Shown here in pieces: positions 9,167 to 19,524 of a stretch of DNA of 64,000 nt. The position numbers were made by a program, and so were the translations under genes. The DNA is from Betaproteobacteria bacterium. Its GTDB lineage: Bacteria; Pseudomonadota; Gammaproteobacteria; Burkholderiales; SG8-41. The DNA lies in NCBI GenBank assembly GCA_016868035.1, contig VGID01000009.1, forward strand, positions 23,881 to 87,880. The letters run 5' to 3'. How positions within the stretch are numbered: position 1 is the stretch's first letter; every line of letters begins with the position of its first letter. Below the pieces are notes generated by a model that worked only from the letters and a program-made list of their open reading frames with translations, was not told the origin of the DNA and did not search any database.

Positions 9167-10051
9167 TCAGACCAGCGTCACCTCGAGCACGCCGCACTTC
9201 TCGACCTCGGTCACAACCTTGTCGCCGGGTTTGAGCCACACCTGCTTCTCGGGCGGATAGCCCAGAATCACGCCCTGCGGCGTCCCGGTATAGATGATGT
9301 CGCCGGGCAGCAGCGTCATGTGGCGTGAACAGTAGCTTACGATCTGCGCGCAGCTGAAGATCATGTCGGCGGTGTTCGAGTTCTGGCGCTGCTCGCCGTT
9401 CACGTAGGTGGCGATTTTCAGGTTCTGCGGATCGGCGATCTGGTCCGCGGTGACGACGTAGGGACCGAGCGGCGCAAAACCATCGCAGGTCTTGCCGAGC
9501 ATGAGCTGGCTGCTGGCCCGCATCAAGTCGCGCGCCGAGAAGTCATTTCCGTTCGCGTAGCCGAAGACGTATGACAGCGCCTTCTCCTCGGGCACGTCGC
9601 GCGCCTTCCGGCCCATCACCAGCACCAGCTCGACCTCGTAGTCGAACTTCGTGGAGACTTTCGTCGGCAGCGGAATCCTGCCGCGGTGGCCGAGGAGCGA
9701 GTTGTTGTACTTGTTGAACAGGACCGGCACCGGCGGGATCGGGTTGCCGGTCTCTTGCGCATGCTGGCGGTAGTTGAGCCCGACGCAGATGATCTTCTCG
9801 GGACGCGGCACCGCCGGGCCGAATGCGGCGCGCGATTCAGGGATCAGCACGCTCCTGCCGCGCTTGTCGTCGAGCGCCTTCCCGGCGAGCTTCACGAGCG
9901 GCGCGCAGTCGGCCCCTTCGATCACGGCGTGAATATCGGCAGGCGCCTTGATGCGGAACAGCCGGGACGCCTTGGCCACGTCCAGGATACCGCGCTCCGT
10001 CTTCACGCCCAGGGTGCCGCCGTCGCGTCCGGCGAGCGTGCAGAACGTCAT
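9167..10051 (-). CDS. fumarylacetoacetate hydrolase (FAH) family protein
   Basis: FAH-domain sequence (KIICVGLNY, DYEVELVLVMG, GDIIYTGTPQGV); the start could instead be 10066 or 10102. Confidence 0.85.
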   Translation of the reverse strand: MTFCTLAGRDGGTLGVKTERGILDVAKASRLFRIKAPADIHAVIEGADCAPLVKLAGKALDDKRGRSVLIPESRAAFGPAVPRPEKIICVGLNYRQHAQETGNPIPPVPVLFNKYNNSLLGHRGRIPLPTKVSTKFDYEVELVLVMGRKARDVPEEKALSYVFGYANGNDFSARDLMRASSQLMLGKTCDGFAPLGPYVVTADQIADPQNLKIATYVNGEQRQNSNTADMIFSCAQIVSYCSRHMTLLPGDIIYTGTPQGVILGYPPEKQVWLKPGDKVVTEVEKCGVLEVTLV

Positions 10052-10254
10052 ATTGCGCGCGCGCATGGATCTCGCCGCCGTCTTCTTCGTCTTCTTTGTC
10101 ATCTTTCTCCCTTCGTCCCGGCCACTATGTCCAACCCGCGAGTCGACCGTACCCTTTGCGAAGCGTCCATGCCGGAAAAACGACCAGCACTTTTTTCCAG
10201 GCCCTCTTCGCCCGCCCGCAGATCAGAAAATGTGCGCGTCCCCTATTTTCGATT

Positions 10255-10890
10255 CTAGCGTTGCCCGAGCAGCATGATTCCGAAGTTGCCCATCATGAGC
10301 AGGGAGGCTGCCGTGATGACCACGCCGGCGCGCCGGGGATTGGCCGTGACCCATTTGTCGAGCGACACGTTCATCATGTCCGCGCCTTTTAACAGCTGCC
10401 GTCCCGAATACCACCGGCTGCCGCCGGCTTCGAGCACGGCCAACGCAGCCGGGAAAAAGGCGAGCAGGATTCCGACCACGACCGCAACCACGTTGCCCGC
10501 GATCAGGATCCACCTGCCGCTATCGACGATCCAGGAAGCAACCGGTGTGCGCACAGCAGTAAGGTTGAGCCCGAGAATGGTCGCATTGGCGTCAAATTTC
10601 GTGACAAGGATGAATATCGAAAATGCGCCACCGGCGATGAAGGCCGCCGCGAGCCAGCGCCTGTGCTTTTGTATTACCCGGGTGGTATCGCGCGGGATCT
10701 CGAGCGGCCGGGAAGCGCGGCGCACGGACACCCAGCGATTCATGGAGTTGAAAAACCGCAGCGTCCGCTCGCTGTTCATAATCAGGCTCACGCCAACGGC
10801 GATTCCCGCGAACCCCCCGACGAGGAAAAACAGGGCCAGAACCTCCGCGACCCACTGCCGGAATGCGCTGCTGCTCAGTATCGATTCCAT
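10255..10890 (-). CDS. hypothetical membrane protein
   Basis: 211-aa ORF with ~5 hydrophobic segments; no family recognised. Confidence 0.5.
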   Translation of the reverse strand: MESILSSSAFRQWVAEVLALFFLVGGFAGIAVGVSLIMNSERTLRFFNSMNRWVSVRRASRPLEIPRDTTRVIQKHRRWLAAAFIAGGAFSIFILVTKFDANATILGLNLTAVRTPVASWIVDSGRWILIAGNVVAVVVGILLAFFPAALAVLEAGGSRWYSGRQLLKGADMMNVSLDKWVTANPRRAGVVITAASLLMMGNFGIMLLGQR

Positions 10891-11264
10891 ACGCCCCCCT
10901 CGGCTGACAGGTAACGAACGGCCCCCGAATGCCGGAGATTAGCATGCGCGGGATCAGCTTCCTATGAAATTGTCCCCTGTCGCGTGAAAATCGGCGGCGA
11001 TCTCCAGCATCGCGCGCCGGAGTTTGGGAGCCACGCGATCCTGACCGAGGAAAACACGCGCCGGGTGAGCGCCACGTACCGAGAACAGTCGCGGCTCGGG
11101 AAGGTGCTTGCCAAGCTCTTGCCATTCGAATAGATTGTTCGGCAAGTTACTGATCATCGCGCCCAAGACCCGCCTTGGTCGCAGATTTCTCCCGGGGAGA
11201 AGCAAGCCAGCATGAACACAGGAATCATTCTGCGCGTCCGGTGCGCACTTTCGCGCCGGCTCCC

Positions 11265-11420
11265 GGAGCGCGGGCTCGGTGCGGAGAAATCGCGGACCGA
11301 TTGATTTTCCTATCCTTCGTTCAACTCACCGGCATCATCGGGTACTACAGCGTGCTGGCCATGACGGCCATCGCCCGTGAGCTGGAAGCCGGCCCGGGCG
11401 CCGAGGCCCTCCAGTCCTAG
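11265..11420 (+). pseudogene. possible C-terminal remnant of a carboxymuconolactone decarboxylase (AhpD-like) family gene
   Basis: FVQLTGIIGYYSVLAMTA resembles the conserved C-terminal helix of that family; no matching N-terminal part lies upstream. Confidence 0.3.
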
Positions 11421-11463
11421 CCACGGGCGCTCGCAACGCCCGGTCAGAAAGCAAAAGCAGGGT

Positions 11464-12282
11464 ATGCTCATCGTCGACGCGCAGGTTCACATCTGGGCCA
11501 ACAACAAACCCACGAGTCCGGCCCATCGGCAGGTCGCCACCTTCTCGAAGGACGATCTTCTGAAAGAGATGGACGCCGCCGGGGTCAACGCGGCCGTCAT
11601 CCATCCCCCGCATTGGGACCCCAATTCCAGCGCGGCCGCGGTCGAGGCGGCCCGCCAGCACCCCAACCGGCTCGCCATCCTCGGCAATTTCCCGCTCGAT
11701 CGCCCGGAGAGCCGCGCGCTCATCGACGGCCGGAAGCGCCAGCCCGGGATGCTCGGGCTGCGCTTTACGTTCTTCGAACCGCATCAGCAGACCTGGACGA
11801 CCGACGGCACGATGGAGTGGCTCTGGCCGGCGGCCGAGCGCGCCGGCATCCCCGTCGCGCTGATGGCCGGAGCCTTCCTGCCGGTGCTGGGACCGATCGC
11901 GGCCCGGTATCCAGGGCTGAAGCTGATCGTCGATCACATGGGGAGAACACGGGGAGCGAAGGACGCCGCCGGCTGGGCCAATCTCTCCGAGCTGCTGGCC
12001 CTCGCCAAGCATCCGAACGTCGCAGTCAAGGCCAGCGGCGCGCCGAGCTACTCCAGCGAGCCCTATCCCTGCCGCAACCTCCATGGCTACATCCGCCAGG
12101 TCTACGACGCCTTCGGGCCCCGGCGGATGTTCTGGGGGAGCGACATTACGCGCATGCCCTGCCCGTGGCGGCAATGCGTGACGATGTTCACCGAGGAGCT
12201 GCCGTGGCTGTCGGACGCGGACAAGGAGCTGATCATGGGCCGCGCCCTCTGCGAGTGGCTCGACTGGAAGCTGCCGGGATAG
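11464..12282 (+). CDS. amidohydrolase family protein (amidohydrolase_2-like)
   Basis: MLIVDAQVHIW N-terminus and IVDHMG motif. Confidence 0.8.
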   Translation: MLIVDAQVHIWANNKPTSPAHRQVATFSKDDLLKEMDAAGVNAAVIHPPHWDPNSSAAAVEAARQHPNRLAILGNFPLDRPESRALIDGRKRQPGMLGLRFTFFEPHQQTWTTDGTMEWLWPAAERAGIPVALMAGAFLPVLGPIAARYPGLKLIVDHMGRTRGAKDAAGWANLSELLALAKHPNVAVKASGAPSYSSEPYPCRNLHGYIRQVYDAFGPRRMFWGSDITRMPCPWRQCVTMFTEELPWLSDADKELIMGRALCEWLDWKLPG

Positions 12283-12370
12283 GAGAGCCGGTCGGGAAGC
12301 GAAAAATGGGTGGTCAGCGACGGGCAGAATTGTCTGTCCCTGATCGCCGGATCCGGACGAAAGGAATCTC

Positions 12371-14068
12371 ATGCCCAGAATGACGGGATCACGCCTGTTC
12401 GCGGAAATGCTGAAGGGCTACGGGGTCACGCACGTGTTCTTCGTGCCCACGATCCTGATGGAAGCGCTTGCGGAGATGGACGCCCTGAACATCCGCAAGA
12501 TCCTGACGCACGGCGAGAAGGCGGCAGCCTACATGGCCGACGGCTATGCGCGCGCAGCCGGCAGGCCAGGCGTGTGCATGGCCCAGCAGATCGGCGCGTC
12601 GAATCTCGTGGCCGGCCTTCGCGACGGCCACATGGCCTGTTCGCCGATGATCGCCGTTACCGGGGGACCCGACCCCGCGAGCCGTTACCGGCACGCCTAC
12701 CAGGAGGTGGAGGATTTCACCCAGTTCGATTCGGTGACGAAGCTCAACATGCAGCTCGACGATTTGGCGCGTTTTCCGGCACTGGTGCGCCAGATGTTCC
12801 GCGAAGCGACCTCGGGAGCGCCGAGGCCCGTCCATCTGCGGTTGCCCGGCTCGCACGGCCAGGGCGTCGAGAGCGAAGCCGATCTGCAGCCGCAGGTGGA
12901 GGCGCAGTTCTCGCGCGTGCCGGCGTTCCGTCCCGGCGCCGACATGGAACGTGTGCGCGAGGCCGTCGCGGCGCTCTCCAAGGCACAGAAGCCGGTCATC
13001 GTCGCGGGCGGGGGCGTGGTCGCCTCCCAGGCACAGGCCGAGCTGGTGGCGCTCGCCGAGAAGCTCCAGATCCCCGTCGCCACTTCTCTCTCCGCCAAAG
13101 GCGCCATCCTCGATAACCATCCGCTGGCTGTCGGCGTGGTCGGGACGTATTCGCGCGAGTGCGCGAACCGCGTGGTGGCGGAAGCCGATCTCGTATTCTT
13201 CGTCGGCAACCACGCCGGCGGGCAGTTGACCGCCGGCTGGCGGATACCCGCCGCAGGAACGCCGGTGATCCAGCTCGACATCGACCCCGCGCAGCTCGGC
13301 AGGAACTATCCGAATGCGGTGTCGCTGCTGGGCGATGCCAAGGTGACGCTGCGTCAGTTGTGCGACGTGGCGCAGCCCAAGGCGCGGGTAAACGATAAAG
13401 GGTGGACGGAGCGCACGCGCAAGCTCGTCGCGGAGTGGCGTGCCGCGGCGGAATCCATGCTCGCATCGGAGGCCGTTCCGCTGCGGCCGGAGCGCCTCTG
13501 CCGGGAGCTGACACAGGCGCTGCCGGCGGACGGCGTGGTGGTCTCCGACACGGGGCACGCGGGTATGTGGACGGGCCAGATGCTGGACATCAACCATCCC
13601 GGCCAGCGTTATATCCGATGCGAGGGCTCGCTCGGCTGGGCGTTACCCGGCGCAATGGGGGTGAAGTGCGCGCTGCCCGGCCGGCCTGTGGTGTGCTTCA
13701 CCGGGGACGGCGGCATGTACTACCACCTGCCGGAGCTGGAGACCGCGGCGCGCCACGGCATCAACCTCGTGATCGTGGTCAACAACAACAGCTCGCTCAA
13801 CCAGGAGATCCCGCTGGTGAGGGCCGCGTACAAGGAGAAGCGCGACGACCGCTCCGGCGAAATCTGGCGGTTCCTGAAGAACGACCTTGCGAAAGTCGCG
13901 GGAGCGCTGGGCTGCGCCGGGTTCCGGGTGGAAAAGCCGGGGCAGTTGAAGGAGCTCCTGCCGCGCGCGCTCGCCATGGGCAAGCCTGTGCTGCTCGATT
14001 GCGTGAGCGATGAACAGGCCCTCGCGCCGAAAGCCTGGCTCCCGGACGGGTCCGCGCGCGGACACTGA
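12371..14068 (+). CDS. thiamine pyrophosphate-binding protein (acetolactate synthase-like)
   Basis: 565 aa; N-terminal TPP-pyrimidine domain and GDGGMYYHLPELETAARHGINLVIVVNNN TPP-binding motif. Confidence 0.85.
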   Translation: MPRMTGSRLFAEMLKGYGVTHVFFVPTILMEALAEMDALNIRKILTHGEKAAAYMADGYARAAGRPGVCMAQQIGASNLVAGLRDGHMACSPMIAVTGGPDPASRYRHAYQEVEDFTQFDSVTKLNMQLDDLARFPALVRQMFREATSGAPRPVHLRLPGSHGQGVESEADLQPQVEAQFSRVPAFRPGADMERVREAVAALSKAQKPVIVAGGGVVASQAQAELVALAEKLQIPVATSLSAKGAILDNHPLAVGVVGTYSRECANRVVAEADLVFFVGNHAGGQLTAGWRIPAAGTPVIQLDIDPAQLGRNYPNAVSLLGDAKVTLRQLCDVAQPKARVNDKGWTERTRKLVAEWRAAAESMLASEAVPLRPERLCRELTQALPADGVVVSDTGHAGMWTGQMLDINHPGQRYIRCEGSLGWALPGAMGVKCALPGRPVVCFTGDGGMYYHLPELETAARHGINLVIVVNNNSSLNQEIPLVRAAYKEKRDDRSGEIWRFLKNDLAKVAGALGCAGFRVEKPGQLKELLPRALAMGKPVLLDCVSDEQALAPKAWLPDGSARGH

Positions 14069-14142
14069 AAAGGCGGCGAAACGGAATTTCCCGTCGTTGC
14101 GCCCGGGCAACTCGCTGCGCGCGCAGGCGGTTGGCAGATCCT

Positions 14143-15150
14143 CTATTCGGCCTTGATTCCCGCCTTGCGGGCGAGCTGCGTGGTCATGGCGATCTCGCTC
14201 GCGATCATCTTGTCCAGCTGCGCCGGCGCGATCGGCGTGACTTCCGCGCCGATCGCCGCCATGCGCTGGTGCACATCCGGAAGGGCGAGGACGCGCACCA
14301 CCTCGCGGTGCAGCTGGTTGATGATCGGACGCGGCGTTTTCGCGGGCGCCAGCAGCGCAGTCCAGGCGTTCCACTCGTAGGCCGGCACGCCGGACTCGGC
14401 GATCGTCGGAATATCCGGGAACAGCGGAACGCGGCTCTTGGTGGATACCCCCAGCGCCAGCACCTTCCCGTCCTTGATGAGCCCGGTCACCGCGAACAGC
14501 GGGACCATGTAGAACTGCACCCTCCCCGCGATCACGTCGGTGAGCGCTTCGGGAGTGCCCTTGTAGGCCACGTGGACCAGGTTGATGTCGGCCTGGCTCT
14601 TGAACAGCTCTCCGGCGAAGTGCGTGCCGCTGCCGACGCCGGCGGAAGCGAAGTTGAGCTGCCCGGGCTTGGCCCTGGCGAGCGCGACCAGCTCCTTGAC
14701 GGACTTTGCGCTGAACGAAGGCGCAACCACCAGCGCGTAGGCGCCGCTCGACGTGAGCGTGATGCCGGCGAAATCCTTGATCGTATCGAACGGAAGCTTG
14801 GCGCGAACGGCGGGGGTCGCCGTATGGTTCGCCGACGCCGAAAGCAGCATATAGCCGTCGGGCGCGGCCTTCGCCACGATTTCGGTTGCCATCGTTCCGC
14901 CGGCGCCGGGGCGATTATCCACGACCACCGGGCGTTTCCACGCCTCGACGAGCTTCGGTCCGACGACGCGGGGCGCGATGTCGGCCACGCCTCCCGGGGG
15001 AAAGGGAACCACGATGCGTATCGGCCTGACGGGATAACCGGTGGCCTCCTTTGCGCTCTGAGCGGCAGCGAGGCCCGGCGCGCCGATGACGACGGCCAGG
15101 ATCATGAACGGAATCGCGGCTCGAATGCAAGGCAGGATCACGTTCGGCAT
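14143..15150 (-). CDS. Bug family substrate-binding protein (TctC-like)
   Basis: Signal peptide plus YPVRPIRIVVPFPPGGVAD motif. Confidence 0.9.
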   Translation of the reverse strand: MPNVILPCIRAAIPFMILAVVIGAPGLAAAQSAKEATGYPVRPIRIVVPFPPGGVADIAPRVVGPKLVEAWKRPVVVDNRPGAGGTMATEIVAKAAPDGYMLLSASANHTATPAVRAKLPFDTIKDFAGITLTSSGAYALVVAPSFSAKSVKELVALARAKPGQLNFASAGVGSGTHFAGELFKSQADINLVHVAYKGTPEALTDVIAGRVQFYMVPLFAVTGLIKDGKVLALGVSTKSRVPLFPDIPTIAESGVPAYEWNAWTALLAPAKTPRPIINQLHREVVRVLALPDVHQRMAAIGAEVTPIAPAQLDKMIASEIAMTTQLARKAGIKAE

Positions 15151-15345
15151 CGGTCATTCCCCCTAACGGATGGTTTGTGTCTTATGCGCCCACGTAGTGG
15201 ACCTGCGGGATCTCGTGGGCGAATCAAAGCTTATATCAGATCTTCTATTCAATGATCCGACGAATCACGTGCCCCGATTCGACTATCCTGTTGTCTGCGG
15301 GCACGGATCATCGTCGATACATCCGGATTTCTACCGGGAGGAAAA

Positions 15346-16337
15346 TTGAAATTAGCGACTTACGAACTGGCCACGCTGGTCGGCGCCATCCAGCGGGTCG
15401 GCGCGGTGGCAGCAGGCGGCAAAATCGTCGATTTGCGAGTGGCGTGCGCAACGCGATTGGCGCGCGAGTGCGATCCCGCGAACGCACGGCAGCGCGCGGA
15501 ATGGTTGATTCCGCTGGACATGGTGTCATTCCTCGGTCGAGGAGACGAGGCCCGGAAGGCCGCCGCGGAAGCGCTCGCGTTCGCCGAGTCCGCCAAGGAC
15601 CGCATTGGCCTCGATGGGCTGCGCATGATCTTCGAGGTCACCGAGATCCGGCTCGCCTCGCCGCTGCCGCGCCCGACGTCGATCCGGGACTTTAGCTGCA
15701 TCGAGGAGCACTACCTTGCCGCGATCAAGCGGCTCGGCACCGGCACCGTGGTGCCGCGGAGCTGGTACGAGTGGCCCCCGTACTACAAAGGCAATCCCCT
15801 GACCGTGATCGGACCCGAGACCGATGTAATCTGGCCGAAGTACGCGACCGAGGTGGACTACGAGCTCGAGGTCGCGATGGTCATCGGCAAGCGCGGCAAG
15901 GACATCCCGAAGGAGCGCGCGCGCGCACACACATCGCCGGCTTCACCATCTTCAACGACATTTCCATTCGAAACGTCCAGCCGGGCGAACAGGGTACGGG
16001 GGTCGGTCTGTCGAAGTCGAAGGATTTCGACACCGGGAACATCCCGGGGCCGTGGATCGTAACGGCGGATGAATTCGACGGGCGCAACGCGCGGGCAAGC
16101 GTGTCCGTCAATGGCGAAGTCCGCGGCGTGGCCAACCTCAACGCGATGTACCACTCCTGGGAAGACCTGATCGTGCACGCCTCGCAAAGCGAGACGCTTT
16201 ATCCGGGCGAGGTTTTCGCCTCGGGTTCATTGGGCAAAGGCTCCGGCATCGAATTCGGCCGTTACCTGCAGCCCGGCGACGTCGTCGAGCTCGAGGTCGA
16301 GGGCATCGGCGTGCTCCGCAACCGGATCAGAAAGTAG
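15346..16337 (+). pseudogene. FAH family hydrolase gene disrupted by a +2 (or -1) frameshift in a (CG)n(CA)n tract
   Basis: ORF 15346..16062 (TTG start) carries the N-terminal half up to KDIPKERARAH. ORF 15771..16337 continues with HIAGFTIFND... from 15930. Removing one CA or CG unit at 15915-15933 restores a single FAH-like ORF. Confidence 0.75.
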
Positions 16338-16428
16338 CACGGCCGGGGCGGGTTTCGCTTTCCCGCGCGCGGCACGCCCGGACGGTTCGCGCTGCGTTTG
16401 TCGCGGAGAAGCCCGGGCGGAGGCAGTC

Positions 16429-17370
16429 TCAGCCGAGCAGCAGGTCGGGACTGCCGATCTGCAGCAGAAATCCCAGCTCGTCGGCAAAGGTCCAGCTCTC
16501 CCGCCACTTGCCGCCGGCGAATGTCAGGATCTGCACCACCGATATCCCCACGCGCCGCCCCGCGGGCGCGATGCCGTAAAGGCTGCCCTGGTGCGTGCCG
16601 CCGGTCGTGAAGCGCATCCAGACTTCGTCGCCCTCCGCCATCAGCACTTCGACGTTGTCGCGCCGGTCCGGCACCGCCTGGTCGAGCGCGGGATCACCGA
16701 GGCCGTTTTTTCTCCCGTACTCGCGCAGATGATGGAAGCCGTAGCGCACGTGCCGGCAATCGGGCGCGTACTCCGCCTTCGGCACGCCGGACGGACGCAC
16801 GCGCGAGCGCACCGCGACGAGCTTGTTCCGGTGCTGCTGCGTGGGAGTCGGATGCGCAGCGAGCCGCGCGGCGAGCGCATCGGCGCCCTCCCCGCCCTGC
16901 GGCAGCGGCGGCGCAATCCGCTTGCCGTCGCTCCTCGGCGGGAGCGTCGCGCCCATCTGCTGCAGCAGCGCGATCTCGTCCATCATGAACCAGCCCTCGA
17001 CCATCTGGCCGTTCTCGATGCGGATCAGCGCGACCTCGTAGACATCGAGCTTCTTCCCGGTGGGCGGTATGCCGAAAAAGGTGCCGGTGTGCGTGCCGGT
17101 GACGCGAAAGAGCAAGCCGACGCGGTCGCCGTCGGCGATCACTTTCTCGATCACGTCGACGCGATCGGGGATGGCCTTGCGCAGGTACAGGCCGGGATGC
17201 CCCATGTCCTCGCCGCGCGCGTTGCTGGCGAGGTGGAGGTTGCCGCCGCGCGCCCGGTTGTAATGAGGCGCGAGCACCTCCTTCTCGACCTGCGGCATCT
17301 GCGGCGTGCCCTGGTTCTTCTTGAAGCGCAGCGCAATCGCCTTGTTGCGCTCGAGTTCCGCGCCGCTCAT
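16429..17370 (-). CDS. tandem SnoaL-like (ester cyclase / NTF2-like) domain protein
   Basis: Two internally similar halves, each with ...V(I/L)A(D/E)GD.V....T.GTH.G...GI.P.G......V... pattern; tentative family call. Confidence 0.55.
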   Translation of the reverse strand: MSGAELERNKAIALRFKKNQGTPQMPQVEKEVLAPHYNRARGGNLHLASNARGEDMGHPGLYLRKAIPDRVDVIEKVIADGDRVGLLFRVTGTHTGTFFGIPPTGKKLDVYEVALIRIENGQMVEGWFMMDEIALLQQMGATLPPRSDGKRIAPPLPQGGEGADALAARLAAHPTPTQQHRNKLVAVRSRVRPSGVPKAEYAPDCRHVRYGFHHLREYGRKNGLGDPALDQAVPDRRDNVEVLMAEGDEVWMRFTTGGTHQGSLYGIAPAGRRVGISVVQILTFAGGKWRESWTFADELGFLLQIGSPDLLLG

Positions 17371-17377
17371 AGGACGC

Positions 17378-17455
17378 GTGACGAGTAACGACTCACGAAT
17401 CACGACTCACGAACCACGAGTCACGAGTCACGAATGGCGACTGACGGCTGAGCGA
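17378..17455 (+). repeat. CACGAGT-type heptad tract
   Basis: gtgacgagtaacgactcacgaatcacgactcacgaaccacgagtcacgagtcacgaatgg. Confidence 0.75.
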
Positions 17456-17474
17456 TGGATTCGACACCCAACGC

Positions 17475-18446
17475 TCAATTGGCCTTGATGCCGGCCTGGC
17501 GGATGATGGCGCCAAAGCGGTCCCGCGCGCGTTGCTGGTGTGAAGCGAACTCCTCCGGCGTCATCGCCGGCACCGCATACGCCGCCATGGCGTCGAGGTG
17601 CGTTTTCGCTTCCGGGCCGTGCATGATCCGGCCGATCTCCTTGTTCAAGCGCGTGACGATCGCGCGCGGCGCACCCGCTGGAGCGTAGACGCCCGATATC
17701 CAGACGAGATCCACGCTCACTCCCTGCTCGATCAGCGTGGGGGTGTCGGGGAAGAGGGCCGAGCGCTTCTTGTCCGGCACGGCGAGCATGCGGATCTTCC
17801 CGCCCTTGATGTGCGGGATGGCGGCGCCGAGGTCCACCGTGAAATCCACCTGGCCGCCAAGCAGATCCACCAGCACCGCCTGAGAGCCCTTGTACGGCAC
17901 GTGGAGGGCCTTGAACTTGGCCTCGTGCATGATCATTTCGATCGCGATGTGCTGCAGGGTGCCGTTACCCGCGGAGCCGTAGCTCAGCTTGCCGGGATTG
18001 GCGCGGGCGTGCTCGAGGAACTCCGCCAGGTTGCGCGAGGGTATGCCCGGGCGCGCGATCACGAACAGCGCCGCGCCCCCCGTCGGGGCGACCGGCAAAA
18101 GGTCTTTCGCCACGTTCACCTCCATCTTGAAAAGATGCGGGTTGATGAGGATGGGGCCGTCCGACGAATGCAGCAGCGTGTAGCCGTCGTTCGCCGCCCG
18201 CGCGACGAGCTCGAGCCCGATGTTGCCGCTCGCGCCGACACGGTTATCGACGACCACCGGCTGGCCGAGCGTCTCGGCCAGCTTCTGCGCCATCGAGCGG
18301 GCAATTACGTCGGTGGCGCCGCTGGCGGCGAAGTTCACGACGAGCCGGACCGTCTTCGTCGGCCATGCCGGCGCCTGGGCCGAGGCGAGTGGGGCGGATG
18401 CGAGCGCGAATGCGGCGGCGATCAGGAAATGGATGAGTGGGCCCAT
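17475..18446 (-). CDS. Bug family substrate-binding protein (TctC-like)
   Basis: Signal peptide plus WPTKTVRLVVNFAASGATD motif. Confidence 0.9.
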   Translation of the reverse strand: MGPLIHFLIAAAFALASAPLASAQAPAWPTKTVRLVVNFAASGATDVIARSMAQKLAETLGQPVVVDNRVGASGNIGLELVARAANDGYTLLHSSDGPILINPHLFKMEVNVAKDLLPVAPTGGAALFVIARPGIPSRNLAEFLEHARANPGKLSYGSAGNGTLQHIAIEMIMHEAKFKALHVPYKGSQAVLVDLLGGQVDFTVDLGAAIPHIKGGKIRMLAVPDKKRSALFPDTPTLIEQGVSVDLVWISGVYAPAGAPRAIVTRLNKEIGRIMHGPEAKTHLDAMAAYAVPAMTPEEFASHQQRARDRFGAIIRQAGIKAN

Positions 18447-18624
18447 GAATTTCTCCCCGAGAGTTGGAACCGGCAATCCGTAACAGGTGATGGACGTTGA
18501 GCCTTCCACACCGCGGACTCCGGAGAACTGCTTGCGGCTTCCCGGAAGTATAGCGTTGCGCGTGCCGCGCCGCCAATGTAGCCTACGGTGCTCCCGCTCA
18601 TCGCCTTCGCGACAGGAAAACTCC

Positions 18625-19524
18625 ATGTTGAAGACCCACGGCAGGTACGATTACTCGGCGATCACGAAGCGCCCCGACTACAGCTGGCCGGACGGCAAGC
18701 GGCTCGCGGTGCATCTGTGCCTCAACGTCGAGCATTTTGCGTTCGGCGAGGGGCTGGGCAACGACTACTCGCTGCCGCAGCCGCAACCCAACGTCCGCAG
18801 CTACGCGTGGCGCGACTACGGCAACCGCGTCGGCGCCTGGCGGCTGCTCGAGTTCGCCGACGCCTACGACCTGCCGTACGCGATGCTGATCAACAGCGAG
18901 CTCTACGACTACTGCCCGGAGCTGGTGGCGGCCTACGCCGAGCGCGGGCACGAGATCGTCGGGCACGGCCGCACCAACGCCGAGCGGCAGTCCGACATGA
19001 AGCCGGACGAAGAGCGGCGCGCGATCTTCGAGGCGACGGCCGCGATCGAGAAGCACTGGGGCCGGAAGCCGCTGGGCTGGCTCGCGCCGTATATCGCGCA
19101 GACCCACGACTCGCTCGACTTGCTGAAGGAAGCCGGCTACCGCTACATGATGGACTGGTCGCTCGACGACCAGCCGGTGTGGTTCCGCACCAAGCACGGC
19201 CCCATTCTGTCCGTGCCCTACGCGCACGACCTCAATGACTCGGTGGAATGCGTGACGCGCCGCACGCCGTCGCAGCTGTTCTGCGACAACCTGATCGACC
19301 AGTTCGACGAGCTCTACGCGGAATCGGAGAGACGCCCGCTCGTGATGCCGATCGTGCTGCACAGCTTCATCCTCGGCCAGCCGCACCGCCTGCGCCAGTT
19401 CCGGCGCGTCATCGAGCACGTGCTCAGGCATCGCGAACGCATCTGGCTCACGCGGCCGGGCGACATCTGCCAGCACATCGAAAAACTGCCCGCGGGCATC
19501 GTCCCCGGCAGCACGAAAGCCTGA
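18625..19524 (+). CDS. polysaccharide deacetylase family protein (PuuE/allantoinase-like)
   Basis: RYDYSAITKRPDYSWPDGKRLAV N-terminus typical of PuuE-like deacetylases; HGRTN motif. Confidence 0.8.
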   Translation: MLKTHGRYDYSAITKRPDYSWPDGKRLAVHLCLNVEHFAFGEGLGNDYSLPQPQPNVRSYAWRDYGNRVGAWRLLEFADAYDLPYAMLINSELYDYCPELVAAYAERGHEIVGHGRTNAERQSDMKPDEERRAIFEATAAIEKHWGRKPLGWLAPYIAQTHDSLDLLKEAGYRYMMDWSLDDQPVWFRTKHGPILSVPYAHDLNDSVECVTRRTPSQLFCDNLIDQFDELYAESERRPLVMPIVLHSFILGQPHRLRQFRRVIEHVLRHRERIWLTRPGDICQHIEKLPAGIVPGSTKA

